DNA of 64,000 nt from a virus. Under the pieces are notes generated by a model, which was not told the DNA's origin, ran no database searches, and saw only the letters and a list, made by a program, of their open reading frames with translations. The DNA is taken from positions 22,229 to 86,228 of the IMG/VR virus record IMGVR_UViG_3300020172_003394. One strand, given 5' to 3'. Both the position numbers and the translations under genes were made by a program. Shown one piece after another: positions 24,297 through 33,959 of the stretch. Within the stretch, counting starts at the first letter, position 1. Every line of letters begins with the position of its first letter.

Positions 24297-24984
24297 GGCA
24301 AAAACGGTTACTTTTGAATGAAATGGTGGCACTTACGTGCAAACTATTAACCTATTAATTAAGGATTTAGTATGAAGATTATCCGATTAGAACAACTTAT
24401 TCGTGAAGTTGTCGAAGAAACCTTGCAGAACAAATCTAAAGCAGGTGAAGAAGCAAAGCGTCAAGGACTTACAAATTTAAAATTTGGTAGGTGGGGTAAA
24501 GAAATTGATGGTAAAATGACAACAACGCACGTGTCACAGAACGGAAAATTGGTTGCTGTTAAAAAATCCGCACCCACCGCAAAAGGTAAAGTATCAACTG
24601 GTGCAAATCCGACACGCCAAGCCACCAAAACCGTCGCAGCCAAAAAAATAGATTCTGTAGCCAACAAATTATATAGACAATATGACCGTGATGGTGACCA
24701 CGATGATAGATATAGTGGTGTACACGCCGCCACGACAGTTATTACACACAAAAATCCATCTAATGCAGAGGAACTATACAAATTGATTGATGCAATGGTA
24801 ACTGCTACAGAAAAAAGAGATGATAAAGACGGAACAATTACTCCGGATGAGTGGTTTCAAGGCGTATATGATTTTCGAGATAAATACCAAAAAACTCTTA
24901 ATGACCCCACATCAACGCGCATTAAAGATGGGACTAACTGATATGCGTTTTGGTCGATATGGAAAGGCAAAAACGGTTACTTTT
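24297..24984 (+). repeat. 19-bp direct repeats (24297-24315, 24966-24984) flanking a probable inserted gene
   Basis: GGCAAAAACGGTTACTTTT occurs twice exactly. Confidence 0.85.
24372..24941 (+). CDS. putative internal head protein
   Basis: N-terminal IRLEQLIREVVEE; GLTNLKFGRWGK module. Confidence 0.65.
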   Translation: MKIIRLEQLIREVVEETLQNKSKAGEEAKRQGLTNLKFGRWGKEIDGKMTTTHVSQNGKLVAVKKSAPTAKGKVSTGANPTRQATKTVAAKKIDSVANKLYRQYDRDGDHDDRYSGVHAATTVITHKNPSNAEELYKLIDAMVTATEKRDDKDGTITPDEWFQGVYDFRDKYQKTLNDPTSTRIKDGTN

Positions 24985-24998
24985 ATTCGGAGAGACAA

Positions 24999-25346
24999 AT
25001 GGACAAGACATTATTAAAAGCATACATCAGAACCATCGTAGAAGAAGAAGTTACCAGAATTCTTCCTAATCTTCTAGGTGAAGCTGTGGCACAAATCAAA
25101 GGGACACAACAAGTTAACGAAACTGTCGTTACCCCAAGTAAGCCAAAGCTTGACCGTTCAAAGTTAGCAGCGATGATGGGATTGGAACGTCACGGAGACA
25201 CCATAACCGCTACCACAAAGAATATGGTTCTCCCAGAAAATATTCCACACGGGGTTAACTTAAATGACCCATCGGTAAAACCAGCGGTGGACGCTATCAC
25301 CAAGGATTATAGTGCTTTGATGAAAAAGATGGGATTAAGTAAATAA
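24999..25346 (+). CDS. hypothetical virion protein
   Basis: LKAYIRTIVEEEV...AITKDYSALMKKM. Confidence 0.7.
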   Translation: MDKTLLKAYIRTIVEEEVTRILPNLLGEAVAQIKGTQQVNETVVTPSKPKLDRSKLAAMMGLERHGDTITATTKNMVLPENIPHGVNLNDPSVKPAVDAITKDYSALMKKMGLSK

Positions 25347-25347
25347 T

Positions 25348-25791
25348 ATGTCAACTACCATCTATTTAGGTCAAACACTTCCGTTAAATAGAGGCACTCG
25401 TGGATTTTTTCAATCCACGACAAACGCACTGGAAAATGAAAAATCAAAGTTCATTAACTTAATTTTGACTAAAAAGGGAGAACGTGTAGCAAATCCAGAT
25501 TTCGGGTGTGACTTATGGCGTTTATTGTTTGAACAAAAGGATGGTGAAATACAAGAGTTGGCACAACAATTTGTAATTGAAGCTGTACAACGTTTCATGC
25601 CATATTTATCACTTCAAAGTATAGAAATTACAAATTTTTCAACATTTCTAAATGATAACAGTATAAATCTATACGTCAAATATGGATTTACAAATAACCC
25701 ACTCGTGTCAGATGAAGTTCAATTACAATTAAATACAAATCTCGCTGGTGGATTGGTTGTTTCTGGAAGAACAACCACTAGAAATTTTTAA
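25348..25791 (+). CDS. baseplate wedge subunit gp25-like
   Basis: NLILTKKGERVANPDFGCDL..LLFE. Confidence 0.9.
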   Translation: MSTTIYLGQTLPLNRGTRGFFQSTTNALENEKSKFINLILTKKGERVANPDFGCDLWRLLFEQKDGEIQELAQQFVIEAVQRFMPYLSLQSIEITNFSTFLNDNSINLYVKYGFTNNPLVSDEVQLQLNTNLAGGLVVSGRTTTRNF

Positions 25792-25803
25792 TAGAGAACC
25801 ATA

Positions 25804-27747
25804 ATGGCTACAACCAATAACGTATTAAATAAACTAAGTGTAACACCAAAGGAAGTAAGTTATCTCAACAAATCTTTCGTAGATTTTAAAGGTGACTTAA
25901 TTACCTTTATTAAAACGTACTATCCTACAACCTGGACAGACTTCAACGAAGCAAATCCAGGAATGATTATGTTGGAATTGGCCGCTTATGTAGGTGATGT
26001 ATTATCTTTCTATGTAGATAATTCGTTTAAAGAAAATTTATTGGCATATGCAGAACAAGAAGGAAATATTATTACTATTGCGCAAGCTATGGGATATAAA
26101 CCAAAAACTATAATTCCAGCAACAGCAGAAGTATTAATTTCACAAGCGGTTCCGGCACTTGGTGCGGAGGACGGATATATTCCCGACCCAAATTATTTTC
26201 TAAAAATCGACAGAAATTCAACGATGTCTACATTAGCACCAAATGTAGTAACATTCAGAACAACAGAAATTGTAGATTTTGCAGATCCAACGGACAGAAT
26301 TGTTGCTCCACGACAATTGGATTCTGTAACGTTGTTACCCATAACTTATTTGGTTACCAAAAAAGTTAAAGTTATTGCAGGTGATATTAGACAAGAAACA
26401 TTTACCTTTGGTGACCCGGAAAAATTTTCTACAATTACAATTGGGGATATTAACATAACCACAATTAGTGAAGTAGTTGATGCGGACGGATATAAGTGGA
26501 ATGAAGTTGAATATCTAGCACAAGATACAATTATAGACGACAAAGAGGTGTCTTACACCGCGTCGGTAAGTGAATCCATAAGTCCTTCATACGCAATTAA
26601 ATTTAGAACAGTTCCGCGTAGATTTGTTACACGACTTACACCAGACAAAAGAACACAATTGATATTTGGTTCTGGTAGAGGTAATGCCTCCGAAGATATT
26701 GTCTATCTTGACTCACAACAAGTAGCAAATACAGAATATGGTACACGGCTAGCAAGTGTGTCACTAAGCAATACCGATTTGTTAAATACGGATAACTTTG
26801 GATTGGCACCAGCAAATACGACCATCACTGTTACGTATTTTACTGGTGGTGGAGTAGATAGTAACGTATCATCAGGAACTATTTTACAAACGGGACAATT
26901 AAACATCTTAAATAGAACCACGGAATTTAATCAAACAGAACTTGATTTATTTAATGATATCGTAAGCACAATAACCGTATTTAATGAAATGCCAGCGAGA
27001 GGTGGGCAAGATGGTGAAAGTGTTGAAGAAATTCGGCAACGTGCATTAGCAAGTTATAGTGCGCAAAATCGTGTTGTAACTCGTAGAGATTACGAAGCAA
27101 GAACCTTGGCAATGCCAGCACAATTTGGAGCAATTGCAAAGGTATTTGCTATCTCCGACAGTTTACAAAGTAAAATTCAAGAAGAAACAACACCACAACA
27201 GCAAGATGATACTATTCGACAATATGTTGAAAATTATCCAAAACCAAATGCAATAAATTTGTATGTGTTGGGATATAATCAAAGTAAAAAAATTACCACA
27301 CTAAATAGTTTGGTCAAGTCAAATCTGCAACAATATCTTTCACAATATAGAATGTTAACAGATCAAGTAAATATTCTTGACGCATTTGTAGTGAATATTG
27401 GTGTAAATTTTGACATTACTGTGTTCAAAAATTACAATATGTCTGACGTTATAGCTGTATGTCTTGGTACCATCAAAGATTATTTTGATATTGATAAGTG
27501 GAATATTAATCAACCACTTCGTTTAGGTGACTTATCATTATTATTAAATGCACAAGATGGTGTGCAAAGTGTTAATAGTGTCGAAATTGTTAACAAATAT
27601 TTCTTTAAGAATGGTAGAGATTATCAACTATATCGTTATGACATCGCAGAAGCAACCGTTGATGGAGTTATCTATCCATCACTTGACCCGTGTATCTTTG
27701 AAATTAGATATCCAGAAGATGATATCGTAGGAAGTGCAAGACAATGA
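25804..27747 (+). CDS. baseplate wedge subunit gp6-like
   Basis: TDFNEANPG.IMLELAAYVGDVLSFY; GG.DGES.EEIR; QNRVVT..DY. Confidence 0.9.
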   Translation: MATTNNVLNKLSVTPKEVSYLNKSFVDFKGDLITFIKTYYPTTWTDFNEANPGMIMLELAAYVGDVLSFYVDNSFKENLLAYAEQEGNIITIAQAMGYKPKTIIPATAEVLISQAVPALGAEDGYIPDPNYFLKIDRNSTMSTLAPNVVTFRTTEIVDFADPTDRIVAPRQLDSVTLLPITYLVTKKVKVIAGDIRQETFTFGDPEKFSTITIGDINITTISEVVDADGYKWNEVEYLAQDTIIDDKEVSYTASVSESISPSYAIKFRTVPRRFVTRLTPDKRTQLIFGSGRGNASEDIVYLDSQQVANTEYGTRLASVSLSNTDLLNTDNFGLAPANTTITVTYFTGGGVDSNVSSGTILQTGQLNILNRTTEFNQTELDLFNDIVSTITVFNEMPARGGQDGESVEEIRQRALASYSAQNRVVTRRDYEARTLAMPAQFGAIAKVFAISDSLQSKIQEETTPQQQDDTIRQYVENYPKPNAINLYVLGYNQSKKITTLNSLVKSNLQQYLSQYRMLTDQVNILDAFVVNIGVNFDITVFKNYNMSDVIAVCLGTIKDYFDIDKWNINQPLRLGDLSLLLNAQDGVQSVNSVEIVNKYFFKNGRDYQLYRYDIAEATVDGVIYPSLDPCIFEIRYPEDDIVGSARQ

Positions 27748-28775
27748 GATTATTCCTAACTGCCTCCGCAGATAATACGTTATATCAACGTAATCCAACA
27801 AGAAATGCTGGCTTAGATGAAATTCTTGAAGTGGGCAAAGTAGCAAATCCAGAAGATTTAGAACTGGCGTATACAGGAAGTTCTGCACGAGCACTTGTAA
27901 ACTTTAATATTACAAACAGTGGATCGTTTCCATCAACTGCGTCGTATTATTTAAATTTAAAAATTGCTAACGCAACTAAGTTGCCATTTTCACAAGAACT
28001 TATTATTAATAAAATATCAGCTTCTTGGACAGAAGGTAGTGGATATTATATCCAACAAACTGTGAATCCTGGTGACGGTTCAACCTGGAGACAATCTAAC
28101 ACATCCGTGTCTTGGAGTATTGCGGGGGGTGATTATTACACAACACCATCACAAAGTGTGTTACTAAATGAATATCCATTACAAGATTTACGAATTGATG
28201 TGTCGGCAATACTACAGCCAGTTGTATCTCAATCATTACCTTGGTACGGACTGGCAATAGCATTTCCAAGTTCCTCCGAAATAGATTCTGTAAATGAAGG
28301 TAATATTAAATTTTTCTCTAGACAAACACATACAATTCACCAACCAACGTTGGAAATCGTGTGGGATTCATCAACATTTGTCACTGGTTCACTTAAACAA
28401 ATTCCAAATACCTACGATATTCAGGTTGTTCCTAAAAACGTAAAGGAAACATATGTTCGTGGGTCAAAAGAAAAAATAAGATTGGTAGTACGTGACAAAT
28501 ATCCACAAAAGAACTTTAATACAGAATTACGATACAAAAACGTGTATTATTTACCAACATCATCGTATTTTAGTATAATTGATAGACAATCGGGAACTGT
28601 AGTATCACCGGCGGATGAATTTGCAAAGTTAAATTGCGATGCAACAGGATCACACTTTATACTTGATACATCAAATCTTTACAGAAACAGATACTACGCA
28701 GTTAATATTGATATTAATAATGGTGATTCCGACACCAATATACTTTCGGAAATATTTACATTCTTGGTGAAGTAA
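27744..28775 (+). CDS. virion structural protein
   Basis: ADNTLY...NAGLDEILE...W.EG.G...FFSRQTHTIHQP.L. Confidence 0.65.
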   Translation: MRLFLTASADNTLYQRNPTRNAGLDEILEVGKVANPEDLELAYTGSSARALVNFNITNSGSFPSTASYYLNLKIANATKLPFSQELIINKISASWTEGSGYYIQQTVNPGDGSTWRQSNTSVSWSIAGGDYYTTPSQSVLLNEYPLQDLRIDVSAILQPVVSQSLPWYGLAIAFPSSSEIDSVNEGNIKFFSRQTHTIHQPTLEIVWDSSTFVTGSLKQIPNTYDIQVVPKNVKETYVRGSKEKIRLVVRDKYPQKNFNTELRYKNVYYLPTSSYFSIIDRQSGTVVSPADEFAKLNCDATGSHFILDTSNLYRNRYYAVNIDINNGDSDTNILSEIFTFLVK

Positions 28776-29500
28776 TGACATTTGATGATTTGATTAAAAC
28801 ATTTAAGGTGCAACCAGAGTTGAATAGACAATTTTGGACATCCGATAATAAACTTAATCCAACTATTCGTAAGGCTCTTATGAAAATTGCAAAAGAGTTT
28901 TACGATAGTATTGAGTTGGAAAACAAACCCAAGGTTAAAGATATTGTTTTTACTGGAAGTTTAGCAAACTATAACTACTCAGAGTATTCTGATGTTGATT
29001 TACACTTATTATTTAATTTTGGTAAAGATAAAGAAGTATTATCACAATTGTTTTTGTTAGCAAAGTCAAAATGGAATGATAAGCACGATATTACTATCAA
29101 GGGATATGATGTAGAAGTATACGCTGAAGATGAAAGTTCACCACACGTAGCAACTGGGTTGTATAGTGTGTTAAAGGATACGTGGATTAAAGAACCAACG
29201 AAAGATACACCAGTATATGATGAACAAGACGTAATAACCAAGGTGCGATATTTTGTTGGTATGTTTGATCAATTAGTAAATCAATACAAGGCTGGTCAAT
29301 TGGATGGTCTTGATAAAAAAATAGAAAAATTTAGAGACAAGTTGGGTAAGTTTAGACAATCTGGATTAGAAAAAGGTGGAGAATTTTCCACCGAAAATCT
29401 TGCATTTAAGTTATTACGACGAGCAGGATATATGGAAAAATTGGCAAATTTACAAAATATGACGATAGATAAACAACTCTCAGTAGCGGAAACAAAGTAA
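28775..29500 (+). CDS. Pol-beta-superfamily nucleotidyltransferase
   Basis: TGSLANYNYSEYSDVDLH...VEVY. Confidence 0.8.
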   Translation: MTFDDLIKTFKVQPELNRQFWTSDNKLNPTIRKALMKIAKEFYDSIELENKPKVKDIVFTGSLANYNYSEYSDVDLHLLFNFGKDKEVLSQLFLLAKSKWNDKHDITIKGYDVEVYAEDESSPHVATGLYSVLKDTWIKEPTKDTPVYDEQDVITKVRYFVGMFDQLVNQYKAGQLDGLDKKIEKFRDKLGKFRQSGLEKGGEFSTENLAFKLLRRAGYMEKLANLQNMTIDKQLSVAETK

Positions 29501-29501
29501 T

Positions 29502-30716
29502 ATGTCACTTCTCAGTGCTATAAACACCACAATAGTTCGAGTTACAGAATTTACAACAGGTTCATCTGACCTGGTATTAACTATACCATTAACTTCTGGT
29601 GAAACCGTTCAATTTACTGCAGAAACACAATTTTTTACTCCACGACAAATTGCAACAAGTCGTTCTGATGTGTTGGGGTTACCAAGTCAAAGTGTTGTCG
29701 AATACACAGCAAATAATATTCCTGTAATTAAATTACCAATTGGTGCAGTGGATATTACAACACCACAATTCTATCCAGTTTCTATTGTAAGTGATGTATA
29801 TCAAGGAATTGACGGAGTTGCTGGATTCGGTAATATAGATAATTTTTTTCAAGAACTTACGGATGACTTGGAAGTACCTGATGACGAATTAACAAATTTG
29901 CGTGCACAACGTGATGCGGCAATGCAAGCTGCACTAGCACTTGATGACTTAGCAGCAGCATCCGATAGTGGTAACTCAGCGGCAATTGAAGAAGCAAACC
30001 AAGCTATCGATGAAGGATTGGCATCGGCAATCGTGGAAGAAGAACCAGACCCATCAACTATATTAACAGCTGAAGAAGCAGACGAATTGGGTGCACTGGA
30101 TTTGGTTGGGTTAACCGACGATTTTGGAACCACAGATGGGGCAGACGATATTATCGACCCAACACCAGAGGTATTAGAAGAAGATTTAATTGAAAAACTT
30201 CCATTATTACCTGGTAACAAAAAGCTCAGAGGCATTGATACGATTAATCAAGCTATCACACTTCTTAATAGTGGTATCCAAGCAGTAGAAGAATCTTCCC
30301 AATCGGGTACAGACGAAGATGGTAAATGTAAATTTATCAAGGTAGCAAAGGGTAAAAAAGGATTTTTGGGAGTTGGTAAAAGGAAAGAACGTAAAGTATC
30401 TCGGGAAGATACACAAAAAAAACTTGACTTAGTAAAACAAGATATAGAAGCACAGCGAGCAAGCAACGTAACTATTATTGCTACAAAAAGTGGTGTACCA
30501 ACCTACGTGTCTACAGCAAAATTAGCCACATTTGGTAGGGCAATCGAATCAACTAAAGTGGGAGCTTTGGGAGCTATAGCAGCAGTAACGCGTACCGGTG
30601 CAGGTAGAACAACGGTACCAAGAGGTTCTACACCAATGAGAAGAAATTCAGCGCTCAAACTTCTAGAATCAACAGCAAAAGAATTACAAAAAATATTAGA
30701 TAAAGAGTGTAATTAA
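29502..30716 (+). CDS. hypothetical protein (acidic core, basic C-terminus)
   Basis: 404-aa ORF in late block. Confidence 0.65.
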   Translation: MSLLSAINTTIVRVTEFTTGSSDLVLTIPLTSGETVQFTAETQFFTPRQIATSRSDVLGLPSQSVVEYTANNIPVIKLPIGAVDITTPQFYPVSIVSDVYQGIDGVAGFGNIDNFFQELTDDLEVPDDELTNLRAQRDAAMQAALALDDLAAASDSGNSAAIEEANQAIDEGLASAIVEEEPDPSTILTAEEADELGALDLVGLTDDFGTTDGADDIIDPTPEVLEEDLIEKLPLLPGNKKLRGIDTINQAITLLNSGIQAVEESSQSGTDEDGKCKFIKVAKGKKGFLGVGKRKERKVSREDTQKKLDLVKQDIEAQRASNVTIIATKSGVPTYVSTAKLATFGRAIESTKVGALGAIAAVTRTGAGRTTVPRGSTPMRRNSALKLLESTAKELQKILDKECN

Positions 30717-30718
30717 TA

Positions 30719-31609
30719 ATGGCAAATCAAGAAAATTATGTTGAAGTAATACCAAGTAATCCACAAGCATTTCCTGTTTCACGTATAGCAGAATCGGGAA
30801 ACGATATAGATATCATTCAAGGTAGAATACCAGGACAGTTTGGATTCGACGTAGACGATAATATTGAAATGCATTTCTACGATACCGCAAATCGATTGGT
30901 TGGGTCAGTAGTCGTACCCATATCCACAGGAATAATATCTGCAAGAACGATATTACTGCCTGACGGAATTACAGACGAAAAGGTAGTTATTGATATGACC
31001 CGTGTTCAAAAAGAACTTGGTTTATTAATACCACCAGGAACATACTCCGTAACATTAAACTTATTTTCTGATGAAATTGGGTCATATACAAATCCAAAAA
31101 TGATTATCGAAGAAGTTTCACCTTCAAGAACAGAATTACGATTGGGTTTTACAAATACGTTTACACAAACAGAACAAAGTGAATTATTTGAGTTTGTAGA
31201 ACCCTCGGTTCCACGTGTAGTCGCCGCTGGATTTGTAGCTGGAACCATTGGAGTAGAATCTGCGGATGTTATAGATACAAGTGAATTGGGTGTAGCAACG
31301 GGACAAATACAAATACAACAATTCATAGATGCAGTATTGAATGAATTACAAGTACGACAACCAGATTTATTCTTTAATTTATTTGATATAGAACCAGACG
31401 CACCAGAAAATCTTAGTTTAACAATAGAATATTTATCTAGTGTTATTTATGAAGAGTTCGTGTCGTTGTTAGAAGTAACAAGAAATACAAAACAGTTTGA
31501 TAGATTGCAAGAAAGTGAAGTAGCAGTATTAATTGAACGCGCGGTAGACAACGTATTAGTTAATAATAATATCAATCTGTTTACACAAAATACAATTCGA
31601 TATATTTGA
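30719..31609 (+). CDS. virion structural protein
   Basis: IEEVSPSRTELRL motif; structural context. Confidence 0.65.
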   Translation: MANQENYVEVIPSNPQAFPVSRIAESGNDIDIIQGRIPGQFGFDVDDNIEMHFYDTANRLVGSVVVPISTGIISARTILLPDGITDEKVVIDMTRVQKELGLLIPPGTYSVTLNLFSDEIGSYTNPKMIIEEVSPSRTELRLGFTNTFTQTEQSELFEFVEPSVPRVVAAGFVAGTIGVESADVIDTSELGVATGQIQIQQFIDAVLNELQVRQPDLFFNLFDIEPDAPENLSLTIEYLSSVIYEEFVSLLEVTRNTKQFDRLQESEVAVLIERAVDNVLVNNNINLFTQNTIRYI

Positions 31610-31617
31610 GGTAATGT

Positions 31618-33423
31618 ATGGCTAATGCAGCAGATTATTTACGGTTAGATACAACACAACTTCTTAACACGTATAAATTACGAACTCGTAATATTACTCC
31701 CAGTAGTTTTGTTGCAACAAATATTGCACCAAATTACAGATTGTCTGTAACGATAATACCAACACTTGATTCGGTATTAGTCACACCATCGGCATTCACA
31801 TTAGAACCAAACACATCAATTACAGTAACAGTTGCATATAATACTGCAGAACTGGAATTGTTATCTGCGGGTACGCTGATCGGTGCATTAGATATGTCGG
31901 TATCGGCAATTGCAACTATAATTCCAGAAACTCCAGCGGCACCACCACCACCACCACTACCTCCAGCACCACGACAAATTATATCACGAGTACAAATCAC
32001 ACCAACAAATTTCACATTCAACGAAGTAAACGAATCTCGGCAAATTACTGCACAATTGTTTGTAGATGATGTTGTAGTTCCTGATCCAACATTTAGATGG
32101 TCGTTGGAAAATGACACTGGGCAGGCATTTAGGATTGATGAAACTAGTGGTATAGTACGTGCATTGAAAACTGGAATAAATATTGCACAGGTAAAAGCAC
32201 GAGTTGTAACACCGGTCCAATATTCACAAACTGTTGGGATATCTAACGTTGCAACAAACATTCCAGTTGTGGGGGGTGTAACAGGAAATCTTGTTGTTAC
32301 AGTACTTGGACTTCCACCAAATATTGACGCTAGGGTGTCAATCAGTGATCTTGCCGAGGACAATTTTGTTCTCCAGGTGGGAAGAAGTCAAACATTTACT
32401 AATGTTCCTGTAGGAACATATACTATCACACCATCTGTTGTTACATCCGGTGGAGAAAATTATAATCCATCCGGCGGTGGCCGAATTGATGTTAGACCTG
32501 GTACCAACGAATTTATTATCACATATACACGACAAGAAATAAGTGAATACACCATTAACATTGTTGCATTACTTGATAGTGTAGGTAGACCGATTCCACC
32601 TAACGCAACATTGAACATAGGTGATAGATTCACCGTTCGAGCAGAAACATTGCGAAATAATAGATTATCTTTTGTGGGACCAATACAATTCAATGCCACA
32701 AATACAACGGAAGCAAGTATACGAAGTGAAGGAGCGGGGGGTGGTGCTGGCGAACCGACAATAGTTGCGGAATCCGGAGCCGTCTCGTTCCAACAAGGAG
32801 TAGCAGAGGCAACATTTACTGTATCTAATTCTGGACAAGTGGTAATTAATGCTATAAACGCAACAGCAGGATCTGCTACAAGAGTGTTACAAGTTAGACC
32901 TAGACAAAATACAATTCGTATGGTGTCATCACCAAATATTATTTCTGGGCAGTGTGTTGAATTATCCGCTACCGTATTGGTGGATGGTAGACCAACAGGA
33001 ATTCCCGTGGAACTTACTTTGTCCGGAACAGCACCTGCTACAATTAGTAATATTCCTTGTGATACGGGACCAACAGGTCCACAAAGTGGTGGTGATAAGA
33101 AATATGTATCGGTCAATCTTTCATCATTGCTATTTTCGTTCCAACTGCCAAATACCCCAGGACCATTTGGTACTCAATTTCCCGGGGAGTTTATTACACC
33201 GGCAACATTAAGCATTCAAGGAACCGACACTCAACCCGATGGAGTATTTACCAAATATGCAGTTGGGTCGTCGGTCACTGTGTCGGTCAATAACATTGAT
33301 AGTCGAGTTCAATTCAATGGATGGACTAACAATGGACAATTGGTTTCTAACCCAACAACGTATACGTTCACGGTTCCAGACCAAAACGTAATTACTTTGA
33401 CCCCCACGTTTGTTGCTCGTTAA
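31618..33423 (+). CDS. Ig-like/beta-sandwich virion protein
   Basis: tandem beta-rich domains, Pro linker, C-terminal InlB-B-like F.GW...YTFTV. Confidence 0.65.
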   Translation: MANAADYLRLDTTQLLNTYKLRTRNITPSSFVATNIAPNYRLSVTIIPTLDSVLVTPSAFTLEPNTSITVTVAYNTAELELLSAGTLIGALDMSVSAIATIIPETPAAPPPPPLPPAPRQIISRVQITPTNFTFNEVNESRQITAQLFVDDVVVPDPTFRWSLENDTGQAFRIDETSGIVRALKTGINIAQVKARVVTPVQYSQTVGISNVATNIPVVGGVTGNLVVTVLGLPPNIDARVSISDLAEDNFVLQVGRSQTFTNVPVGTYTITPSVVTSGGENYNPSGGGRIDVRPGTNEFIITYTRQEISEYTINIVALLDSVGRPIPPNATLNIGDRFTVRAETLRNNRLSFVGPIQFNATNTTEASIRSEGAGGGAGEPTIVAESGAVSFQQGVAEATFTVSNSGQVVINAINATAGSATRVLQVRPRQNTIRMVSSPNIISGQCVELSATVLVDGRPTGIPVELTLSGTAPATISNIPCDTGPTGPQSGGDKKYVSVNLSSLLFSFQLPNTPGPFGTQFPGEFITPATLSIQGTDTQPDGVFTKYAVGSSVTVSVNNIDSRVQFNGWTNNGQLVSNPTTYTFTVPDQNVITLTPTFVAR

Positions 33424-33465
33424 TATCCGTATATAACCTTCTACCACTTAAAATAGATTATAAAA

Positions 33466-33531
33466 TGGTTACCAAAAGAACAACGTAAGAAAATTCTTCT
33501 TCTCTCCAATGACATGCGGATTCATTCCGGC
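33466..33531 (+). pseudogene. fragment resembling the N-terminus of a GT-B glycosyltransferase
   Basis: reads WLPKEQRKKILLLSNDMRIHSG with no upstream start codon. Confidence 0.45.
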
Positions 33532-33540
33532 ACCAGTCGA

Positions 33541-33894
33541 AGAAGAAGATATAAATCAATTCTTCCAAAGTATTGAAATCAAACCGAAAACGAACAGCAA
33601 CAGGGATAATTTATGACAACAACACAATATATACGAAGTCAGCAAGGAACAAGCGGTACTATAGTTGTTACTGCACGCGCAGTAGATCCTGACGGAAGTA
33701 TTATCGTAGAAACGTATAACATTGCAGTTACTCCAGTACCAAGTGGAGGGCAAACATCTGGAGGCACAAACCCTCAAAGTGGAGGGCAAGGACCAGGTGA
33801 AGGAGAAGATATAAATCAAGTCTTCCAAAGTGGTGAAAATCAAAACTAAAGTGAACAGGAACAGGGATAATTTATGACAACAACACAATATATA
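33541..33894 (+). repeat. imperfect ~93-bp direct repeat (33541-33633, 33801-33894)
   Basis: GAAGATATAAATCAA.TCTTCCAAAGT...ACAGGGATAATTTATGACAACAACACAATATATA twice. Confidence 0.85.
33613..33849 (+). CDS. short ORF, probably a rearranged fragment
   Basis: starts in repeat 1 and ends in repeat 2. Confidence 0.45.
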   Translation: MTTTQYIRSQQGTSGTIVVTARAVDPDGSIIVETYNIAVTPVPSGGQTSGGTNPQSGGQGPGEGEDINQVFQSGENQN

Positions 33895-33959
33895 AAAAGT
33901 CAAAATGAAATTATTGCTTCTGGTGATAATCGTGACTTTCTTGTAAGATAGTAGAACTT

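Noticed and set aside
28775-29500. CCA-adding enzyme to mature the CCA-less tRNAs
   Set aside because: Has only the generic GS...DxD motif and lacks the class II RRD signature; left as NTase of unknown function
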